A DNA stretch of 64,000 nucleotides from Candidatus Enterousia onthequi (GTDB lineage Bacteria > Pseudomonadota > Alphaproteobacteria > Rs-D84). Shown piece after piece: positions 9,921 through 18,820 of this stretch (the first letter of the stretch is position 1; each line of letters begins with the position of its first letter). The notes beneath the pieces were generated by a model. The model had not been told where the DNA came from. It did not search any database and saw only the letters and a list, made by a program, of their open reading frames with translations. Made by a program: the position numbers and the translations under genes. Location: the NCBI GenBank assembly GCA_018064365.1, contig JAGHVJ010000005.1:7982-71981 (forward strand), written 5' to 3'.

Positions 9921-11699
9921 ATGTTATCTTTGAAATCTAAATACAGAACTCATACTTGTGGTGAGTTGAATATCAGCAATGTTGGCGAAGTCGTGACATT
10001 GTCTGGTTGGGTACATCGTAAACGCGATCACGGGTCGTTGTTGTTTGTGGACTTGCGTGATAATTATGGTATTACACAATGTGTGTTTGATGGGGGCGAT
10101 GAAAATCTGGAAAAAATTCGTCCGGAATCAGTGGTGCAAATCACAGGTCGTGTTGTCGCGCGTGAAGTAGAGGCGATAAACGATAAAATCCCAACAGGTC
10201 ATATTGAAATCCAGGCTTCGGCAAGTGATGTTAAAATTTTAACTAATTCCGAAGTGTTGCCTTTCCAAGTGTTTGGCGATGAAGAAACATCCGAAGAATT
10301 GCGTTATAAATATCGTTTCTTGGATTTGCGTCGTGAAAAATTACATCACAGTATTTTAATGCGCAATAAAATGATGAAATGGTTGCGTGATAAAATGTGG
10401 GATTTGGGTTTTTCAGAATTTCAAACTCCGCTTCTTACTGCGGATTCACCCGAAGGTGCGCGTAGTTTCTTGGTGCCATCACGTTTGCATCATGGTAAAT
10501 TTTATGCGTTGCCCCAAGCACCACAAATGTTTAAACAATTGTTGCAAGTGTCTGGGTTTGACCGTTATTTCCAAATTGCGCCATGTTTTCGTGATGAAGA
10601 TTTGCGTGCGGATAGATTGTTGGAATTTTACCAATTAGATATGGAAATGTCTTTTGTAGATGTGTCTGATATTCAGGCCGTTGGTGAAGAAATTATGCCG
10701 GAAATGGTTAAAACTTTTGCACCTGATGCAAATGTGTATCTAGCAATTCCGCATATATCTTATGATGATGCAATGTTGAAATACGGGTGCGATAAACCGG
10801 ATTTGCGTAATCCTATTTTAATCAGTGATGTGACGGAAATTTTCCGTGGTTCTGAATTTGGGATTTTTGCAAATGCAATTGAAAACGGCAGTGTTGTGCG
10901 TGCTGTGCCGGCACCAAATACCGCAGACCGTCCACGTTCTTGGTATGATAAATTGGTCGAATATGCGGTTAAAGAATTAGGTTTAGGCGGATTGGGGTAT
11001 ATCATTTTTGCCGATGAAGCCAAAGGGCCTGTCGCTAAGAAATTGGATACGGCGCGTATTGAAAAATTGCATGAAATTGCAGGGGACAATTCTTCGTTGT
11101 TCTTTATATGTGATAATGTTGAAAATGCAGCACGTGCAGCGGGCAAATTGCGTAATAAATTAGGTGCAGATTTAGGATTGGTAAATCCACGTGATTTCGC
11201 GTTTTGTTGGGTCGATAATTTCCCGTTCTTTGAACCGGATGAAGACCGCGCAGGTGCGCCAAAATTTACGCATAATCCTTTTTCGTATCCGATTGTGGAT
11301 TCTGTGGAAGAATTATCAACACGCGACCCATTTTCTATCAAGGCGGCACAGTTCGATATGGTGTTGAATGGTCTTGAAATTTGTAGTGGTGGTTTGCGTA
11401 ATTATAATCCAGAGATTATGAAAAAATGTTTCGAAATTGCTGGATATCCATTAGAGGCGGTCGAGAAAAACTTTTCTGGATTATATACTGCGTTTCAATA
11501 TGGTGCGCCACCGCATGGTGGATGTGCGTTTGGTATTGAACGTGTGGTGTCTGAAATTTTGGGCAATGGTGACAGTGTTCGTGAAATCGTTGCGTTCCCT
11601 GCAAATCAACGTGGTCAAGATTTGTTGATGGGATCTCCGAACGATGTTTCTGAACAACAGTTGCGTGATGTTCATATTCAGATTCGCAAGAAAAACTAA
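9921..11699 (+). CDS. aspS: Aspartate--tRNA ligase (bacterial type, 592 aa)
   Basis: N-terminal OB fold (RTHTCGELN...GWVHRKRDHGSLLFVDLRD). Class II motifs FQIAPCFRDEDLRADR and GGCAFGIERV. Bacterial insertion domain present. Confidence 0.97.
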   Translation: MLSLKSKYRTHTCGELNISNVGEVVTLSGWVHRKRDHGSLLFVDLRDNYGITQCVFDGGDENLEKIRPESVVQITGRVVAREVEAINDKIPTGHIEIQASASDVKILTNSEVLPFQVFGDEETSEELRYKYRFLDLRREKLHHSILMRNKMMKWLRDKMWDLGFSEFQTPLLTADSPEGARSFLVPSRLHHGKFYALPQAPQMFKQLLQVSGFDRYFQIAPCFRDEDLRADRLLEFYQLDMEMSFVDVSDIQAVGEEIMPEMVKTFAPDANVYLAIPHISYDDAMLKYGCDKPDLRNPILISDVTEIFRGSEFGIFANAIENGSVVRAVPAPNTADRPRSWYDKLVEYAVKELGLGGLGYIIFADEAKGPVAKKLDTARIEKLHEIAGDNSSLFFICDNVENAARAAGKLRNKLGADLGLVNPRDFAFCWVDNFPFFEPDEDRAGAPKFTHNPFSYPIVDSVEELSTRDPFSIKAAQFDMVLNGLEICSGGLRNYNPEIMKKCFEIAGYPLEAVEKNFSGLYTAFQYGAPPHGGCAFGIERVVSEILGNGDSVREIVAFPANQRGQDLLMGSPNDVSEQQLRDVHIQIRKKN

Positions 11700-11718
11700 A
11701 TCCGTAAAAAAGAAAATG

Positions 11719-11745
11719 CCCACGATTTTTCGTGGGTATTTTTTT
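11719..11745. terminator. Intrinsic terminator between convergent aspS and the AsmA-family gene
   Basis: CCCACG-ATTTTT-CGTGGG followed by TATTTTTTT. An A-rich run on the other side allows bidirectional use. Confidence 0.75.
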
Positions 11746-11747
11746 GT

Positions 11748-14222
11748 TTAATATTTTTCGTGGCTTCTGGTAAATGCGCGCATATATCCAATGTCCAGAT
11801 TGTTGATAATGTCTGTGATTGAATATCTGCGTCGGCCAGATTCGTTTATTGTCATTTCAACAGATGCAGGTTTTGGTGCGGTTCCACGCAATACGAATTC
11901 AAATGTTCCGGTCATAACACGGTTGTTTATAAATAATGCACCAACACCTTCGACATGTGGCATTGATATTGTCAAAGGTCTGGATGTTTCAAAGTTTCCG
12001 TTGTTATATATGCCTGAAATTTTTAATTTCTTTAATCTGGTTTTTCCAGATTCCAGTGCTGCGCCAAGTATGTATTCGGCGTTTAATATTGTTAAATTAT
12101 CTGCATTACTGTAAAACGCATCAAATCCAATTCCAGATATTGTGCCACCTGTAAATGTTGCGTCTATATCGCCAGATAGATTATAAATTAAATCGTTTGC
12201 GGTTTGACCAGATGTGTGTAATTTTATTTCTGCGGTAATGTTAGAATCGCTGATGTTTAATGGTGTGTCAAAGTTTAACAATTCATTAAACATTTGGAAT
12301 TTGTTTAATTGGATTGATATGTCATAATCAAATTTTTTCTTTTCTATGATACTTAACATATTACCACGATTTGTGTCAGATATGGAAAATATTTGGGTGT
12401 CTGGCTTTAATGAATACACAAAGTTTCTGTATATTGTGTCGTTCAAAATCATTGTGTCTGCGGATAAAGATATGTTTATTGGCAAATCAAACAATGTTGC
12501 AATTGGGTGATTTGTTAAAAATTTCATTTCTTCATAATTTTCTGTAAATATTGGGTTGATGAAATTATCAAGGTTTAAAACTTTTGTGTCCAGTGTTAAA
12601 CCAGATTTTGTTGCAACACCAGATAATATTTGGTCGCCAATCATTATGTTTAAATCACTGATTGTGTCGTTGTTAAATGTTCCTGATATTGCGTATCCCA
12701 TATCGTTCAAGAATCGTAAATCAATTCTGGGTAACCATTGTTTGAAATTTATGCCTGTGATTGTGAAATTGTTTTCGTTTATTTCTAATGTCCACTGTTT
12801 ATTTTGTGGGATAAATGTTTTTTTGTTGTTTTTATGCGTATATGTGCCGGGTTGATTAAACATAAAATCTGGTAAAAATTTTATGTCTATATTTAACTCT
12901 TTCAAAGTCATATCGTTTGCATAATTGAATTTTGGTAATATTTGTTTTGGGGTTATAACTAAATTTCCAGACATATCTGAAAATGTAAAATCTATGGTGC
13001 CATTTTCACCAATTCTGGAAACTAATTTCCTGATGGTTTTTAATGATGGCATTTTGTCTGTTGATGTTGCTGTTATGTGAAATATGCCGTTGTCTGATGT
13101 GATTTCGCCAGTAATGTCATTATAGTTAAAGTTTTTGCATTCCCATTTTTGTGGTGTGCCAGAAAAAATACAACTGAATTTTTCGTTTTTGTTGTTTATT
13201 TGTAATCTTGTGTTGTGGACACCGTTGTTGTCGTATGTGCCATCGAATAATTCGATGTTATCCATTATAACATGTTTTAATTCCAGTTTGTTGTTGTTGC
13301 CCAAAGCATTTAATTTCAAATTTGAAAACATATTGTCTTTGAATTTTATTTTCCCAGATAAATCAAGTGTGATACTGGTGTTATTTAACATGGTTTTATC
13401 GGTTGCGATAAAAGATATATCCATGTTCGCATTAGATGATGCAAAGTTTATATATTTAAATCCGTCGGGTAATAATTTTATTGAGCCTGTATAATTATTT
13501 GCATTTATATTTGTGAAATCAAATCCGTATTCGCCATCCCAATTAAATTCCATGGATAAAGATACGGGTTCATTGATTTTTGGATTTTCAAATTCAAACC
13601 ATTTGTTTATGTCGGGAGTGTTTATTGACATTTCGCCTGCTGCGCCACCATCAGGAAATAATGTTCCGCGTATGTGCAAATTATCATTACTGTTTATAAC
13701 AATAAATTCTCCGTTGTCATAGTTTAATTCGTATTTATGTTGTGGGGTACGAATTTGACCAGAAAATTTATTGTTTGATAAAGTTCCCCGAACAATTTTA
13801 TATTCGTGATTCATAAAATCCAGTTCTGTATTATATATGTTTATGTTGTGTGATACAGGTCGAGGAAATAATTCTGTGATTTTGATATTTCCGTTATAAA
13901 TATCCAAATCTGGGTTTAATTTTGCATCTTTGAGATTGAATATTTGTTTAAAAGGGACAGAAAAAGAAACCCTGTCAATTTTGCCAGTTGGAATTTCAAC
14001 ATCGTGCGCAACAATTGTACTGGTCCCCAATAAACTGAAATTTACATTGCCGTTGATTTTTGTTGTCCAACCGGTTTGTTCTTGGATTTTGGCCTGTAAT
14101 ACAGGTTTCATTTTGTTCAGGTTTAACAATGGCGGAATACATAATATCCCGATTACACTAAGTCCCAGAAATACAACGATTGTCCAAAATAAACGGCGTT
14201 TGTGTCTTGGTTTGATTTTCAT
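11748..14222 (-). CDS. AsmA-family outer-membrane biogenesis protein (824 aa)
   Basis: N-terminal basic stretch plus a single TM (RRLFWTIVVFLGLSVIGILCIPPLL), then a long beta-rich Asn/Thr-rich periplasmic region. Architecture is typical of AsmA/TamB-like proteins. The family call is by architecture. Confidence 0.7.
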   Translation of the reverse strand: MKIKPRHKRRLFWTIVVFLGLSVIGILCIPPLLNLNKMKPVLQAKIQEQTGWTTKINGNVNFSLLGTSTIVAHDVEIPTGKIDRVSFSVPFKQIFNLKDAKLNPDLDIYNGNIKITELFPRPVSHNINIYNTELDFMNHEYKIVRGTLSNNKFSGQIRTPQHKYELNYDNGEFIVINSNDNLHIRGTLFPDGGAAGEMSINTPDINKWFEFENPKINEPVSLSMEFNWDGEYGFDFTNINANNYTGSIKLLPDGFKYINFASSNANMDISFIATDKTMLNNTSITLDLSGKIKFKDNMFSNLKLNALGNNNKLELKHVIMDNIELFDGTYDNNGVHNTRLQINNKNEKFSCIFSGTPQKWECKNFNYNDITGEITSDNGIFHITATSTDKMPSLKTIRKLVSRIGENGTIDFTFSDMSGNLVITPKQILPKFNYANDMTLKELNIDIKFLPDFMFNQPGTYTHKNNKKTFIPQNKQWTLEINENNFTITGINFKQWLPRIDLRFLNDMGYAISGTFNNDTISDLNIMIGDQILSGVATKSGLTLDTKVLNLDNFINPIFTENYEEMKFLTNHPIATLFDLPINISLSADTMILNDTIYRNFVYSLKPDTQIFSISDTNRGNMLSIIEKKKFDYDISIQLNKFQMFNELLNFDTPLNISDSNITAEIKLHTSGQTANDLIYNLSGDIDATFTGGTISGIGFDAFYSNADNLTILNAEYILGAALESGKTRLKKLKISGIYNNGNFETSRPLTISMPHVEGVGALFINNRVMTGTFEFVLRGTAPKPASVEMTINESGRRRYSITDIINNLDIGYMRAFTRSHEKY

Positions 14223-14267
14223 TCTCTTTCCCTTGTATTTTGATTATACTGTATTATATTTATATTT

Positions 14268-16259
14268 GTGAATAAAAAAAGTATATTTAATCTTGAATCT
14301 GATTATGCCCCAATGGGGGACCAGCCAAATGCCATACGCGAATTGGTTGACGGTGTTGAACATGGTCGGCGGTCCCAGGTTTTGTTGGGCGTGACGGGGT
14401 CGGGGAAAACATTTACAATGGCAAATGTTATTGCAGAATTGTCGCGGCCGGCATTGTTGATGGCACCTAATAAAATCTTGGCGGCCCAGTTATATACGGA
14501 AATGAAGGCTTTTTTCCCGCATAATCATGTTGAATATTTTGTTTCTTATTATGATTATTACCAGCCCGAGGCATATATTCCTACAACAGATACTTATATA
14601 GATAAAGATGCAGCGATAAATGAACAGTTAGACCGTATGCGGCACAGTGCGACGCGTGCAATGTTAGAAGAACGCGATGTTATTGTTGTGTCGTCTGTGT
14701 CTGCTATTTATGGTATGGGGTCGCCTGAACAATATTCGTCTATGCGGTTGCCATTAAATGTTGGTGATAAAATTGGTGTTGGTGATGTAATTCGTTCTTT
14801 GGTTGATATTCAATATAAAAGAAACGATGTTGCGCCTGCACGTGGTGATTTTCGTGTGCGTGGTGATGTGTTGGATTTGTTCCCGTCGCATACGGCGGAT
14901 ACGGGATGGAAAATTTCTTTTTGGGGTGATGAAATAGAAGAAATTTGGGATTTTGATACTTTGACTGGGGCTAAGTTGCATAAATTAGACAGGGTGGTTG
15001 TTTATCCCAATACTCATTATGCAACACCAATGCCGTCTGTATTACAGGCGATTGAAAATATTCGTCGTGATTTAGATGAACGGTTGAGATATTTTCATGA
15101 CAATATGAAGTATGTCGAAGAACAAAGATTACGCGAACGCGTGAATTTTGATATTGAAATGATGGAAACAACTGGGACTTGTCGTGGAATTGAAAATTAT
15201 TCGCGATATTTATCTGGGCGTTTGCCGGGACAACCACCCCCGACTTTGTTTGAATATTTACCACGTGATGCGGTTTTATTTATAGATGAAAGTCATGTGA
15301 CTGTGCCACAAATTGGTGCAATGTCGCGTGGGGACCGTGCGCGTAAAGAAAATCTGTCGCATTATGGTTTTCGGTTGCCGGCCTGTGTTGATAATCGGCC
15401 ATTGACTTTTGAAGAGTGGGATGCATTACGTCCACAAACTATATTTGTATCTGCAACACCGGCGCAATGGGAATTAGAACAATCAAATGGTGTTGTGTCA
15501 GAGCAAGTAATTCGTCCAACAGGATTGTTGGATCCGGTATGCGAGGTGCGACCAATCGAACACCAGGTTGATGATTTGTTGGAAACTTTGAAAAAAACAC
15601 GTGGACGTGCGCTGGTTACTACATTGACCAAAAAAATGGCAGAGCAATTAAATGATTATCTGAATGAAAATGGGGTCAGGGCGCGTTATCTGCACAGTGA
15701 TATTGAAACATTGGAACGCATAGAATTGTTGCGTGATTTGCGATTGGGTAAATATGATGTTTTGGTTGGAATAAATTTATTGCGTGAAGGTTTGGATGTC
15801 CCAGAGTGTGAATTGGTTGCGATTATGGATGCGGATAAAGAAGGATTTTTGCGTTCTACGCGGTCTTTGATTCAGACGATTGGGCGTGCGGCACGAAATG
15901 CAAATGGACGTGTGATTTTATATGCAGATAATATGACAGAATCTATGCGTGCGGCGTTGGAAGAAACTGCGCGTCGTCGCGAAATTCAAATGAAATATAA
16001 TGCAGAACACGGCATTGTCCCGAAAACTGTGTCCAAGGCCGTATTTGCCGAGGTTGGCGATAAAGATGAAAAAGTGGACAAGAAACGCAAATTTGTGTAT
16101 AATTCTGATGGTGCATGGGACGCGGCCAGTTTGCGCAAAGAAATTGCTGCGTTGACGAAACGTATGAAAAAATGTGCAGAAAATCTGGAATTTGAAGATG
16201 CGGCTGCAATTCGTGACACGATTAATAAAATGCAAGACGATTTGTTATTATTAGAATAG
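14268..16259 (+). CDS. uvrB: Excinuclease ABC subunit B
   Basis: YAPMGDQPNAI, Walker A GVTGSGKT, DESH box, helicase motifs, C-terminal UVR domain (EFEDAAAIRD). GTG start. Confidence 0.97.
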   Translation: MNKKSIFNLESDYAPMGDQPNAIRELVDGVEHGRRSQVLLGVTGSGKTFTMANVIAELSRPALLMAPNKILAAQLYTEMKAFFPHNHVEYFVSYYDYYQPEAYIPTTDTYIDKDAAINEQLDRMRHSATRAMLEERDVIVVSSVSAIYGMGSPEQYSSMRLPLNVGDKIGVGDVIRSLVDIQYKRNDVAPARGDFRVRGDVLDLFPSHTADTGWKISFWGDEIEEIWDFDTLTGAKLHKLDRVVVYPNTHYATPMPSVLQAIENIRRDLDERLRYFHDNMKYVEEQRLRERVNFDIEMMETTGTCRGIENYSRYLSGRLPGQPPPTLFEYLPRDAVLFIDESHVTVPQIGAMSRGDRARKENLSHYGFRLPACVDNRPLTFEEWDALRPQTIFVSATPAQWELEQSNGVVSEQVIRPTGLLDPVCEVRPIEHQVDDLLETLKKTRGRALVTTLTKKMAEQLNDYLNENGVRARYLHSDIETLERIELLRDLRLGKYDVLVGINLLREGLDVPECELVAIMDADKEGFLRSTRSLIQTIGRAARNANGRVILYADNMTESMRAALEETARRREIQMKYNAEHGIVPKTVSKAVFAEVGDKDEKVDKKRKFVYNSDGAWDAASLRKEIAALTKRMKKCAENLEFEDAAAIRDTINKMQDDLLLLE

Positions 16260-16272
16260 GGTGGGGGTTGAT

Positions 16273-16686
16273 ATGAACGAAGTTATTTTGCCAGATGTAA
16301 ATGCTACGCGTGCGTGGGCGCGTGAATTTGCCAAAACTTTGCATGCGCCGGTGACGGTTGCGTTGCATGGTGATTTGGGTATGGGAAAATCAGAAATTGC
16401 ACGTGCAATTATTCAAGAATTGCGCGGTGGAAATACTGTTGTGCCGTCGCCTACATTTACAATTGTGCAGAATTATGATGGGATTTCTCATTTTGATTTG
16501 TATCGTGTGACCGATGCGTCTGAATTGGAAGAAATTGGGCTGAGTTATGCAATTCAAAATGATATTACTTTGATAGAATGGCCGGATGTTGCGTCAGCGA
16601 TGTTGCCAAAGAATACTATTCATCTTTATATATCTTCGTGTGGTGTTGATTGCGATATGGGTCGCAAGGTTGTTATAAAAAAATAA
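16273..16686 (+). CDS. tsaE: tRNA t6A37 biosynthesis ATPase TsaE
   Basis: GDLGMGKSEIARAI P-loop, SPTFT, HFDLYR motifs. ~137 aa from ATG 16273. Confidence 0.85.
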   Translation: MNEVILPDVNATRAWAREFAKTLHAPVTVALHGDLGMGKSEIARAIIQELRGGNTVVPSPTFTIVQNYDGISHFDLYRVTDASELEEIGLSYAIQNDITLIEWPDVASAMLPKNTIHLYISSCGVDCDMGRKVVIKK

Positions 16687-16747
16687 TATCAGAAATTTTT
16701 TTGTTGTGCAGTGTGGTATGGTGGTAAAGCCCATGAAACCCGTTTTG

Positions 16748-16975
16748 AAATGGGTAAAAAAGTGTCGCAAAAAACCTAGGTTTTTTGACAAGTGTTTTTT
16801 TTAGTTTTTTTCAATTTTTTTAATTTTCGGTTTTTTAGCAAAATCAAAGGGTTATAAAATCCGGGCTTTGCACGGCAAAGTGTCGCAAAAAAACCTAGGT
16901 TTTTAGTATACTATTTACAAAGGGAAAAAACTAAGGAAATCTAAGGAAAAATTAAAAGTTTGGGAGAGTAAAAAA
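16748..16975 (+). repeat. 228-bp conserved upstream module, copy 1 (about 95% identical to 51139-51366). Contains two copies of GTGTCGCAAAAAACCTAGGTTTTT
   Basis: Base-by-base comparison with 51139-51366 gives about 12 mismatches. Internal 24-mers start at 16762 and 16880. Each carries the 16-bp palindrome AAAAACCTAGGTTTTT. TATACT at 16907-16912. GGA-rich 5' UTR. Confidence 0.9.
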
Positions 16976-17935
16976 TTGTCTAAAAAGCATATGTTTTTGA
17001 ACGTTTTTTCAAAAATCACACTTTTTGCGTGTGTGTTTTGTGCGTTTTTTATTTCGCCCGTGTTCGCCAGTTTGCCAGCCGGTTATACAGAATTAGAATA
17101 TATCGAATCCAGTGGAACACAGTATATCGATACGGGGATTGTTATAAATTCTTCTAATATTTCAAATGTAAAGTTAGAGTTGATAAATGCCTGTGCAGGT
17201 AATAATTCTGGAAGTATCAGTGGTATATCAAACAACAATATAAAACTGTGGCAAGGACTAACGGCTGTTGGCGCAGGTAGTGCTGATGCGGTGATATATT
17301 ACAGTACAGGGAATTCAGAAAACGGCATAAGTAAAAAAACAGCAAGAACCGATTTTTATAAGTATGTTATAGATACAGCAAACGGAATTTGGGGTATGTA
17401 TAATTTGGACAATTCGGTTGTTTATGAGAAGAACGATATTGTATTTTCAACCACAGAAACTGGTAATACAAAATACGGGTTGTTCGGATTTTACAGGGAC
17501 GCGTATTTCAGTACATCATCTTATGCTCAGAAAATATCATCATTTAAGGCAACGGTAGGTGGAACATTAGTAATTGATTTAATCCCTGCCAGGCGCAATT
17601 CAGATAATGTAGTTGGTATGTATGATTTGGTTTCTAATACATTCAAAAACAATTCAGGCTCTGGTTCGTTTATTGCTGGGCCGGTGGCGGAAATCAAAAT
17701 TGCTACAACAAAAATGGTTGATGAAGAATTTGCGGCGGCGGAGGCAAAATTAGCAACAACTGTTCAAACGATTGAAAGTGTTGTATCACGCACGATTGCT
17801 CAGACCGGACAGATTCAGATATTACAAGATACAAAACAAACCCGTCCTGATGAATCGTGTCCTGCAAATATGAAATGTTTACTTGTTCAAGATGAAGACG
17901 GCACACCGCATTGGTACCCCATCATCGAACCATAA
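16976..17935 (+). CDS. Secreted protein of a paralogous family (conserved signal peptide/N-terminus and C-terminal 80 aa, variable centre), copy 1, 319 aa
   Basis: TTG start after a GGGAGAG RBS. Signal peptide ...SPVFA/S. LPAGYTELEYIESSGTQYIDTG motif. C-terminus nearly identical to the 51367-52392 product. Confidence 0.8.
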   Translation: MSKKHMFLNVFSKITLFACVFCAFFISPVFASLPAGYTELEYIESSGTQYIDTGIVINSSNISNVKLELINACAGNNSGSISGISNNNIKLWQGLTAVGAGSADAVIYYSTGNSENGISKKTARTDFYKYVIDTANGIWGMYNLDNSVVYEKNDIVFSTTETGNTKYGLFGFYRDAYFSTSSYAQKISSFKATVGGTLVIDLIPARRNSDNVVGMYDLVSNTFKNNSGSGSFIAGPVAEIKIATTKMVDEEFAAAEAKLATTVQTIESVVSRTIAQTGQIQILQDTKQTRPDESCPANMKCLLVQDEDGTPHWYPIIEP

Positions 17936-17963
17936 ATTCCGGTACGGGCCGCCGGAATGACGA
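17936..17963. repeat. Solo GC-rich hairpin related to the right end of the 52485-52705 palindromic element
   Basis: ATTCCGG-9 nt-CCGGAATGACGA, compared with ATTCCGC-6 nt-GCGGAATGACGA at 52683-52707. Confidence 0.5.
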
Positions 17964-18044
17964 TAATTATTTTCTACCGTTTGTTTTCTTCTATCTTGAT
18001 TTATTTTTTTGTTTTTTTGGGGGTGGGGTGGTATAATATGAATT

Positions 18045-18524
18045 ATGAGAATTATTGGAATTGATCCGGGGTTATTGCATACTGGTTGGGCGGTGATTGA
18101 TGTCGCAGGCTCGTCACGCACATATATCGCCAGTGGTGTGATTTTGCCGTCGGCTAAATTAGAAATGCCAGAACGGTTAAAATTGATTTTTCGTGGTGTT
18201 ACAGATTTGTGTGAAAAATTCAAACCTGATGTTTGTAGTATAGAAATTATATTTGTGAACCAAAATCCCAAAACTACACTTGCGTTGGGTCAGGCGCGTG
18301 CGGCGGCAATAGTCGCGGTGGGAAATTTAGATATCCCGATTTTTGAATATGAACCAAATATTATTAAAAAGGCTCTGACGGGGGCGGGGCATGCGGACAA
18401 AGAACAGATTTATAAAATGTTGAAAATCTTGCTGCCTGTGGCAAAGCCGAAATCAGCCGATGAATCTGATGCAATTGCGATTGCGATGACGCATGCAAAT
18501 ATGGCACGATTTAATGTGCAATAG
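18045..18524 (+). CDS. ruvC: Crossover junction endodeoxyribonuclease RuvC
   Basis: MRIIGIDPGLLHTGWAVID, EIIFVNQNPKTTLALGQARAAA, DESDAIAIAMTH. 159 aa. Confidence 0.93.
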   Translation: MRIIGIDPGLLHTGWAVIDVAGSSRTYIASGVILPSAKLEMPERLKLIFRGVTDLCEKFKPDVCSIEIIFVNQNPKTTLALGQARAAAIVAVGNLDIPIFEYEPNIIKKALTGAGHADKEQIYKMLKILLPVAKPKSADESDAIAIAMTHANMARFNVQ

Positions 18525-18539
18525 ATGAATTATTGTTTT

Positions 18540-18768
18540 CAGTGCGTTTGCGCACTGTCTCTTCCTTTATGAAAGAAGGAGTACCCGCATTAGCGGGGGA
18601 GGTAATTGTGAAATGTTTGTTTTAACTGGTGTAAAATAATAATTATAAATGAAAGAATAATAAAATTTTTTATGGCGACTGTCGTCGCCGTGCACAATTA
18701 CCCCGTCTTGCTCGCTTCGCTTGCAATCCACCCCTTCTTTCATAAAGAAGGGGACGGTGACGTGGCGG
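18540..18768. repeat. Compound GC-rich palindromic element: two blocks of hairpins around a ~60-bp AT-rich core
   Basis: Left block hairpins: CAGTGCG/CGCACTG, CTCTTCCTTT/AAAGAAGGAG, CCCGC/GCGGG. GGTAATTGTG (18601-18610) is inverted to CACAATTACC (18693-18702). Right block hairpins: GGCGAC/GTCGCC and the perfect CCCCTTCTTT-CAT-AAAGAAGGGG (18731-18753). Confidence 0.75.
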
Positions 18769-18770
18769 TT

Positions 18771-18797
18771 AAAAAAAATCTGGGTGAAAACCCAGAT
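18771..18797 (-). terminator. Intrinsic terminator of the 752-aa gene
   Basis: On the minus strand: ATCTGGGT-TTTC-ACCCAGAT followed by TTTTTTTT. Confidence 0.75.
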
Positions 18798-18820
18798 TTG
18801 ATTTTATTGTTAAATAGTGA

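Noticed and set aside
16931-16948. Tandem CTAAGGAAA repeats, checked as a possible CRISPR or tandem-repeat array
   Set aside because: There are only two 9-nt units inside a 5' UTR, with no spacer-repeat periodicity. No CRISPR array or cas genes occur anywhere in the window.
17879-18271. Minus-strand 130-aa ORF overlapping the ruvC start and promoter region
   Set aside because: It is antisense to ruvC, which has clear family motifs. No RBS and no recognisable domain.
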